DNA from: an uncultured virus (IMG/VR IMGVR_UViG_3300045412_000368)
Taxonomy: Duplodnaviria; Heunggongvirae; Uroviricota; Caudoviricetes
IMG/VR virus record: IMGVR_UViG_3300045412_000368
DNA length: 20,000 nucleotides
Direction: 5' to 3' (one strand)
The translations under genes and the position numbers were made by a program. Every line of letters begins with the position of its first letter. Within the stretch, counting starts at the first letter, position 1. Shown piece by piece: positions 9,165 through 16,021 of this stretch. The notes under the pieces are model-generated. The model was not told the DNA's origin and made no database searches. It saw only the letters and a list, made by a program, of their open reading frames with translations.

Positions 9165-9932
9165 TTAACCAATAACAAGAGTATATCCAGTACCACCTGC
9201 CACATAAGTATCTATCTCTTTTTCTAATTTTTCAATTTCTTCTTTTGCTGCTGTTTTAAGATCATTACCATTTAATCCACCTGCTCCACCTGGACCTGCT
9301 ATGCTACTAAATTTACCACGGGCTTCACCTAACATCATTTTACAATTAGCTAATGTGTAATCTTTAAACCATTGATGTGCATAAGTGTCTTGAAGTAATA
9401 TATAATCTGGTCTATGATTATATCCGTGAATAAGAACTTGCTCACCTTCACTATATGGTCGTTGCAAAATACGCAATGTATGTGTAGTAGGGATCCATTG
9501 AAATTCAATAAAAGCACCGAACATACGACCAACTAATTTTTGATACTGAGCAAACATATCATAAGTAGCAATACCACCTAACATAGTACTATTTAAAAGA
9601 TATGTATTGGTATAAGCTAAATTAAATGGTTCAAACTGTGTTCCTGAACTGCCACCTGCTGTACGACTACCTATAGTCCGTCTAAAAATACTGCGTACTT
9701 GTATTATTTCTTTGGGCAATCTATAGTCGTTTGTATCTTCTTTTAGTTCTAAAAAATAATAGGATTCTTCTACTGCATTTGGGCTCTTTTGACGATAGCG
9801 ACTTAAAGCACGATCTAATGCTATTTCATAATGATCTGGATCTAATTCTACATCTATCATGCCATCACCCAGCATTAATTTACAATATTTGTAGATTTTT
9901 TCACGTTCTTGAAGGGTACTTGTGTCTGACAT
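9165..9932 (-). CDS. gp13: Neck/head-tail adaptor protein (gp13-like)
   Basis: YCKLMLGDGMIDVELDPDH, WFKDYTLANCKMMLGEARGKF, GLNGNDLKTAAKEEIEKLE; AGGAG SD. Confidence 0.85.
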   Translation of the reverse strand: MSDTSTLQEREKIYKYCKLMLGDGMIDVELDPDHYEIALDRALSRYRQKSPNAVEESYYFLELKEDTNDYRLPKEIIQVRSIFRRTIGSRTAGGSSGTQFEPFNLAYTNTYLLNSTMLGGIATYDMFAQYQKLVGRMFGAFIEFQWIPTTHTLRILQRPYSEGEQVLIHGYNHRPDYILLQDTYAHQWFKDYTLANCKMMLGEARGKFSSIAGPGGAGGLNGNDLKTAAKEEIEKLEKEIDTYVAGGTGYTLVIG

Positions 9933-9949
9933 ATTTTACTCCTATGCAT

Positions 9950-9972
9950 TATTTATCTGCTGCTGATAAATA
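9950..9972. promoter_or_regulatory. Back-to-back late promoters forming an inverted repeat
   Basis: TATTTATC-TGCTGCT-GATAAATA: GATAAATA on each strand, pointing outward to gp13 and gp14. Confidence 0.8.
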
Positions 9973-9976
9973 CATT

Positions 9977-11134
9977 ATGCCTCGTATAAGCCTATACCGT
10001 CCAGAACGTGGATATGATTATAAATTCATAGATAGACAGATCAGTGAAATGTTTACTATTGGTGGTACAGACTTTTACCTACACAAATATCTTGGAGTAA
10101 ACACGGCTCCAGAAAATGCTACAGCTGATCAACCTCATTATGATGTGTTGAAAGAAACTAATATACAAGACCTATTGCTATTGGAGAATCGTGACCGTAA
10201 GTATGACCCTGATATTTATAGAATACGGGGTCATTACCAAGTACAAAATCTTGATTTCAATCTAAGTCAATTTGGCTTATTCATAGATAATGACACTATA
10301 TTTGCTACTGTCCATATAAATGATTGGATACGAACTGTGGGCCGTAAACCTTTAAGCGGCGATGTTTTTGAATTACCTCATCTTAAGGATGAATTTGCTC
10401 TAAATGATTACACATTAGCACTGCCACGTTACTTTGTTATTGAGGATGTAAGTAGAGCTAGTGAAGGATATAGCCAAACTTGGTGGCCACATTTATATAG
10501 ATTAAAACTTAAAAAGATTACAGATAGTCAAATCTTTGCTGACATATTAGATAAACCAGCAGGTGAAAATACAGATCAAACACTACGTCAGTTGTTAAGC
10601 ACAAAAGGTCAAGAATTACAAATTAATGAATCTATATTAGACCAAGCTGAAGCAGACGCTCCTGCCAGCGGCTATGAAACAAGACATTTTTTTACTTTGG
10701 CAATAGATCCTACTACTGGTGACCCTATTATTGAAACTGTTGATCAAACAGATGTAGACGCAAGCAACACGGGACTAGATGCAAGTAGAATAAATGGTCG
10801 TGCTATTAGACCAGGATATTCAGGACATTTGATAGGTGATGGATTTCCTCCTAACGGTTACGAATTTGGCCATGGAATTTATTTTCCACCTAGTGCTACA
10901 CTTAACGATTATTTTTTAAGGACTGATTTTTTGCCAAATAGATTATATAGATTCGATGGCACTCGTTGGGTCAGAACTGAAGATGCAGTACGTCATACAT
11001 TAACTAATAATAATAATCGTACTACACATAGATTAGGATTTATCAATAACGAAAATATTAGTATTATAAATGGTGAACAGGTAATAGAAAGACAAGCTTT
11101 AAGTAAAGTTTTCAAACCTAAGGCAGATTTATAA
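9977..11134 (+). CDS. gp14: Neck protein (gp14-like) with C-terminal extension
   Basis: Start reassigned from 9731 to ATG 9977 (MPRISLYRPE, 385 aa). IQDLLLLENRDRKYD, FNLSQFGLF, GRKPLSGDVFELPH and WWPHLYRLK match gp14-type patterns. Confidence 0.8.
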   Translation: MPRISLYRPERGYDYKFIDRQISEMFTIGGTDFYLHKYLGVNTAPENATADQPHYDVLKETNIQDLLLLENRDRKYDPDIYRIRGHYQVQNLDFNLSQFGLFIDNDTIFATVHINDWIRTVGRKPLSGDVFELPHLKDEFALNDYTLALPRYFVIEDVSRASEGYSQTWWPHLYRLKLKKITDSQIFADILDKPAGENTDQTLRQLLSTKGQELQINESILDQAEADAPASGYETRHFFTLAIDPTTGDPIIETVDQTDVDASNTGLDASRINGRAIRPGYSGHLIGDGFPPNGYEFGHGIYFPPSATLNDYFLRTDFLPNRLYRFDGTRWVRTEDAVRHTLTNNNNRTTHRLGFINNENISIINGEQVIERQALSKVFKPKADL

Positions 11135-12765
11135 TGCAGTTTTTTTATGACGGTCAAATAAGACGTTATCTTTTACAAACTATACGGTTACTTAGTAATT
11201 TTGTAGTAAAATATAATGATGGCAGGTTAGTTCCTGTACCTGTTATATATGGCGATATGGATAGGCAAGTTGCAAATATTATAAAACAAAACAGTGAAAA
11301 TAAAGTAAACGGACCTCCAAGAATCGCAGTTTACATTTCAAATCTTGAAATGGAGAAAGAAAGATTAGCTGATGCAACGTTTGTTGGAAAATTACATATA
11401 CGTGAAAGAGGAATTGAAAACGGTGAATATAATAATAGTCAGGGAGTTAATTATACTGTAGAACGTTTAATGCCAACTCCTTATAAACTTACTGTAAAGG
11501 CGGACATATGGACTGGAAGTACTGAACAAAAACTGCAAGTTTTAGAACAAATGATGATGTTATTTAACCCAAGTTTAGATATTCAAACTAATGATAATTT
11601 TGTAGATTGGACCAGTTTAAGTGTAGTATATATGGATGATATACAATTCAGCAGTAGACAAATTCCAGTTGGACAAGATACTCCTATAGACATTGCTACT
11701 TTAACTTTAAGTATGCCTATTTGGATCAGTCCTCCAACAAAAGTTAAAAAACTTGGCATAGTAAGTCGTATTGTTATGAGTATGTTCAGCAACATAGGAG
11801 AAACTGCATTAGGATATATTGATGGATTAGCACAAGACCCTAATGAAGGGACCAAAGGATTATATGACCAAATACCAAATCCACTTGTAATAGATACTAC
11901 ACAATATAATTTAATAGTTCTTAGCGGATGTGCAAAAATTTTCAGTCCTACAGAAACTGGTCATACTAATGATGATATAACTTATGATAAACCTGAAACA
12001 AATAAGGCAATAAATTGGCGGGTTATTTTAGGAAAACAACCTACGGTATTTAGTCCTGGTGAAAGTAAAATATTTTTGAAACAGCCTAACGGAAACGATG
12101 TGGTCGGAACTATCGCCCTTAATCCATTAGATGAAACTTGTCTACATATAAATTGGGATAAAGACACTTATCCAAGTAATACTGATATTATAACTACCTA
12201 TAGACCAAATAGTCCAGGAACATTTGATGCTATTATTGATCCACAGACCAAAGGTCCTAACGCTGGATTACCAACACCCATTATAGGTACAAGATATCTC
12301 CTAATTAATAATATTGGTGGGGGTATTAGAGAAACTTTGATAGCAGAAAATAATAGCAATAGGATTGATACAAATACAAACTTTGACCGTGTTAAAAATA
12401 TAGAAGTATATATAAATGATATTTCAGTAGATTTTGCTCCATATAATATAGATGGACAATTAGTAATAAGACTTATAAATGATGCTGTTATAGATGATGT
12501 AATTACCTATATCCTTAATGTTAACGAAGATGGTCCAGATGCTTGGAAAAATAATTTAGGTGATGATTTTGTTGCCAACAGTCAAGATATTATTGAATGG
12601 ACTGGAACTACATGGCACGTTATATTTGATAGTACCAAAGAAAAAAATACCATATTCTACCTAACTAACATACATAGTAATATACAATATAAATGGGACG
12701 GTATTCGTTGGAGTAAAAGTTTTGAAGGTGAGTATCGTAAAGGGAGTTGGAAATTAATACTGTAA
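11134..12765 (+). CDS. gp15: Tail terminator/sheath stabilizer (gp15-like) with long C-terminal extension
   Basis: MQFFYDGQIRRY, VPVIYG, PPRIAV, MPTPYKL, QKLQVLEQMMMLFNP, WISPP. TAATG overlap with the gp14 stop. Confidence 0.85.
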   Translation: MQFFYDGQIRRYLLQTIRLLSNFVVKYNDGRLVPVPVIYGDMDRQVANIIKQNSENKVNGPPRIAVYISNLEMEKERLADATFVGKLHIRERGIENGEYNNSQGVNYTVERLMPTPYKLTVKADIWTGSTEQKLQVLEQMMMLFNPSLDIQTNDNFVDWTSLSVVYMDDIQFSSRQIPVGQDTPIDIATLTLSMPIWISPPTKVKKLGIVSRIVMSMFSNIGETALGYIDGLAQDPNEGTKGLYDQIPNPLVIDTTQYNLIVLSGCAKIFSPTETGHTNDDITYDKPETNKAINWRVILGKQPTVFSPGESKIFLKQPNGNDVVGTIALNPLDETCLHINWDKDTYPSNTDIITTYRPNSPGTFDAIIDPQTKGPNAGLPTPIIGTRYLLINNIGGGIRETLIAENNSNRIDTNTNFDRVKNIEVYINDISVDFAPYNIDGQLVIRLINDAVIDDVITYILNVNEDGPDAWKNNLGDDFVANSQDIIEWTGTTWHVIFDSTKEKNTIFYLTNIHSNIQYKWDGIRWSKSFEGEYRKGSWKLIL

Positions 12766-13196
12766 AAGATAGCATAGTATGCAGTGGTGCGTTATTTTAT
12801 TCTACTGTCACAAAAAGAATTTTATTATTACAAAAGTCTAATGGCAAACACAGAGGCACGTGGAGCCTTGTAGGTGGTACTGTAGGAAAAGACGAAAATG
12901 CATGGCAAAGTCTTTTGCGTGAAATAAAAGAGGAAATTGGTGATCTTCCTACTATAATTAAGTCAATTCCTCTGGAAACATTTGTAAGCAACGATAAAAT
13001 ATTCCACTTTCATACATTTTTATGTGTTGTAAAAAATGAATTTATACCAAACTTAAGTGAAGAACATTGCGGGTATAGTTGGACCAGCATAGACCTTTCA
13101 CCTAGACCATTACATCAAGGACTACGTAGTAGTTTCAGTAATAAAAATATTAGAAATAAATTACAAACCGTATTTAATGTAATGGATTTAATCTAA
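12747..13196 (+). CDS. Nudix hydrolase
   Basis: Nudix box G-TVGKD-E-NAWQSLL-RE-IK-EE-IG (GX5EX7REUXEEXG); also LSEEHCGYSW. Confidence 0.92.
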   Translation: MEINTVKDSIVCSGALFYSTVTKRILLLQKSNGKHRGTWSLVGGTVGKDENAWQSLLREIKEEIGDLPTIIKSIPLETFVSNDKIFHFHTFLCVVKNEFIPNLSEEHCGYSWTSIDLSPRPLHQGLRSSFSNKNIRNKLQTVFNVMDLI

Positions 13197-13972
13197 AATC
13201 CTATATATTTTTTACGTAAGAATTCTAAATCAAATCTCTGTTCATTTAATACATGGGGTTGTCCCATCCAAGGTTCAGTTGTGGGCCAACAAGTACGCCA
13301 ATGTTTATCCCATTTAGCCGTAAGATATTCAATATTCATATCTCTTGCTTCATCCAATTTTTTCATTACTTCAGGATCATGTCTACGTGTATTGCCACCA
13401 TAAAAATGATATTCTGTTTTATCACCTGCTCCATGGAAATAATTTTTATTAAGACCTAAAACTTTTTTTACTCCGGCATGCATCATACGCATGATATAAT
13501 CATCATCTTCGCAATATGCTGGATACATATTTTCATCAAATAATCCAAACTTAGCTACAGTATGATCTCTTAATAAAAATAAATCCCAACTGCCTACATT
13601 GAAATCACCTGCACTAGCATGAATAATTCCTATTTCAGGATCTGAATTTACTTTATCATATATTTCTTGTAATATTCCATTACCAAAAGCTACATCATCA
13701 TTTACAATTAACCAGTATGGAGCCATTATATAACTTTTTATAATTAAATTCCAACTTGCCGGGACACCAAGATTGCATGGCATGTGTATAACATGTACAT
13801 TTTTAATATAACGCCTTTTAATTTTTGCTAATGCATCTAAATTCTCTGTTATTTCACCTTTTCCATTATTATTAATAATTAAGAATTTATCCACAGGAAA
13901 ATCTACACTAGCTAATAATCTTTCTACCCAATGTGTTGTAAAAACTACACATGTACCTATTACTGGAATCAT
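13193..13972 (-). CDS. GT-A fold glycosyltransferase (GT2-like)
   Basis: FLIINN, NLGVPASWN, YWLIVNDDV (DxD-like), GLFDENMYPAYCEDDDY. Confidence 0.85.
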   Translation of the reverse strand: MIPVIGTCVVFTTHWVERLLASVDFPVDKFLIINNNGKGEITENLDALAKIKRRYIKNVHVIHMPCNLGVPASWNLIIKSYIMAPYWLIVNDDVAFGNGILQEIYDKVNSDPEIGIIHASAGDFNVGSWDLFLLRDHTVAKFGLFDENMYPAYCEDDDYIMRMMHAGVKKVLGLNKNYFHGAGDKTEYHFYGGNTRRHDPEVMKKLDEARDMNIEYLTAKWDKHWRTCWPTTEPWMGQPHVLNEQRFDLEFLRKKYIGF

Positions 13973-13976
13973 TTTG

Positions 13977-15230
13977 TTATCCTGCTAAAATATAATCTTC
14001 ACCTTTTTTAGTCCTATCAGTCTGATCAATCATTATGTTTACTATATTTTTTTCAACATAATCTGGATGAACATACCAATCTTCATAATTACGCCATTCA
14101 TCTGGAGCGATGTCATTTACTACTAACATATAACCTTGTGATTTTAAGTAATTTCTTGATTCCTCTCTTAGTTCTTTTTTATTTGTATTATAATAATCAT
14201 GTTCATAGGTAATAACTCTAAATTTATATGTATCAAATGGAATCTTCTTTAATATTTCAAATGTAACTTCTGGTGGATCACAATCTAATTGTAAATAATC
14301 TACAACTGGCCCCAAATTTAACTCTCTAATAATTTTAATATAATCAACTTCTAAAGCATTTTTAATTAAAAAAGGATTTTTTCTATCATTAGTTACTTGA
14401 CGTTCGTCAATATCAATGCATATACCTCTCCAATTAAACGATTTTTCTAATAGTGCTGTATTATTTCCATAAAAAGGTCTACCTGCTCCTATTTCAACAA
14501 ATGTTCCATTGGTTTTACCGTTAAGCATACTAAGAACAAACATATCCTGATATGCTTCACTATAATTTGTCTCAATATTTTCAGATCCTAAAAACTTATA
14601 TCTTAGTTTATTGTATTTAGAGTTGTTATAAGTATCAAAAGGAATCTCAATATAATTACTCATAAACCTAAGGTTATTATAAACAATACGTTTATAGTCT
14701 TCCGGTAGCTGACTACTACGCATAAGGGATTTAAAAATTATTCTACTTTCATCACAAAGTCCACAATTCCAACCACTTAATGCTTTTTGAAATAGTAAAC
14801 TATCTTTTCCTAAATACGAAACATCAGTTCTCAATCCAGCATTAGCAAAGTCTGAAACATTCACTCCAATACTAGCAATCATATAAGTATCATTCCAATG
14901 CCCATCATCTTGTTTATGTTCATAAAATCTACTAAGATGAAAATATGCTTCAGGTCTGTTTGGTTGTATAGAAATAGCATGTTGAAGTAAACCTTTAACT
15001 GTAAAATTTCTACTCCCTTGTTTTTCAAAACATATACTAGCTCTAATAAGACATTCATATTTTAATAGATCAGTTTCAGCTCTTTCAGCAGTTCTAAGAT
15101 AAAAACTTACTGCACTGGCTAATTGCCCCATATTATCATATTCTAATGCCATATTAAAATTTAATTCTGAATCAGTTGGATTATTAATATAATCTAATAA
15201 AAACCTTTGTATTTTATTATTTTCAAGCAT
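13977..15230 (-). CDS. TPR-like N-terminus fused to an FkbM/Methyltransf_21-like SAM-dependent methyltransferase
   Basis: Helical repeats (e.g. AISIQPNRPEAYFHLSRFY), then YSEAYQDMFV, GTFVEIGAG..NNTALLE..NWRGICID, VDYLQLDCD, ITYEHD, EDWYV. Confidence 0.78.
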   Translation of the reverse strand: MLENNKIQRFLLDYINNPTDSELNFNMALEYDNMGQLASAVSFYLRTAERAETDLLKYECLIRASICFEKQGSRNFTVKGLLQHAISIQPNRPEAYFHLSRFYEHKQDDGHWNDTYMIASIGVNVSDFANAGLRTDVSYLGKDSLLFQKALSGWNCGLCDESRIIFKSLMRSSQLPEDYKRIVYNNLRFMSNYIEIPFDTYNNSKYNKLRYKFLGSENIETNYSEAYQDMFVLSMLNGKTNGTFVEIGAGRPFYGNNTALLEKSFNWRGICIDIDERQVTNDRKNPFLIKNALEVDYIKIIRELNLGPVVDYLQLDCDPPEVTFEILKKIPFDTYKFRVITYEHDYYNTNKKELREESRNYLKSQGYMLVVNDIAPDEWRNYEDWYVHPDYVEKNIVNIMIDQTDRTKKGEDYILAG

Positions 15231-15969
15231 TATGATCTATATCCAAAATATTTAAATGCACTATATCAACATTACCTATGAAATGATAGTTATTTGTTAA
15301 AATTAGGTGCAGTATTCTCTCACTAAAAAAATCGTAAAATCTAACCTGTTGATTCCTTCTATATATTTCTGGAAGGAAATTCCCATAATTAGAATGAAAT
15401 TCAAATAATATTTGAAATAAAATTTCACAAATACGGTCAAAAATAGTATTTTCTGCTACAAACATATGAAATGGAATGAGATACTTATAGGTGCGTAACT
15501 GATCTATCATGCCTACTGTCAACGGTATTTTACGATCTGCTGCCAATCCATATAATAATTGCCAACCTAAACTATTATGACAATAACTAAAATGCTCATA
15601 AACATTATCAACATGTTGCGCATGTCCTTTTATGGCTGTAACTATATCTTTAGCTTTAGGAACATATACCCTATTAGGCTTTAATTCAAATTCTTCGTCC
15701 CAAAATATTCTATATGTATTTGTTCCTTTAAACTTATGATGTCTATTGCGCCAAATCCAATATAAACCCGTTAAGCTTCCAAAATCATTGTTCATATGAC
15801 TTATATGTTCACCATCAGCATGATCCATTAGGAAGCCTCTAGTTTGCATACTTAATATATCGCCGTAGGCATAGTTAATTGATCCACACATTAGATTGTG
15901 TTGATTTAATTGATTACGTTTAGGTTCTCTGCCTACATAACAGAGACAATACATTCCTAAGTCTTGCAT
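15223..15969 (-). CDS. DUF4422/GT111-like glycosyltransferase domain protein (divergent)
   Basis: HISHMNNDFGSLTGLYWIWRN, TYRIF, PFHMFV, CEILFQILFE and RFYDFFSERIL follow the DUF4422 motif order. Confidence 0.7.
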   Translation of the reverse strand: MQDLGMYCLCYVGREPKRNQLNQHNLMCGSINYAYGDILSMQTRGFLMDHADGEHISHMNNDFGSLTGLYWIWRNRHHKFKGTNTYRIFWDEEFELKPNRVYVPKAKDIVTAIKGHAQHVDNVYEHFSYCHNSLGWQLLYGLAADRKIPLTVGMIDQLRTYKYLIPFHMFVAENTIFDRICEILFQILFEFHSNYGNFLPEIYRRNQQVRFYDFFSERILHLILTNNYHFIGNVDIVHLNILDIDHNA

Positions 15970-15989
15970 AGTTGTAGTTATCTATGCAA
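15964..15989 (-). promoter_or_regulatory. 8-bp perfect inverted repeat covering the start codon at 15969
   Basis: mRNA sense TTGCATAG-ATAACTACAA-CTATGCAA; the ATG lies in the 3' arm. Confidence 0.55.
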
Positions 15990-15991
15990 AT

Positions 15992-16019
15992 AGTATACAG
16001 GAATATTTCAAGTTGTCAA
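15992..16019 (-). promoter_or_regulatory. Sigma70-like promoter upstream of the glycan cassette
   Basis: TTGACA (16019-16014), 16-nt spacer, TATACT (15997-15992). Confidence 0.65.
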
Positions 16020-16021
16020 TG

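Noticed and set aside
9731..9976. N-terminal 82 codons of the 467-aa ORF in the track
   Set aside because: Mostly antisense to gp13 from a TTG start; the promoter motif and gp14-like sequence point to ATG 9977.
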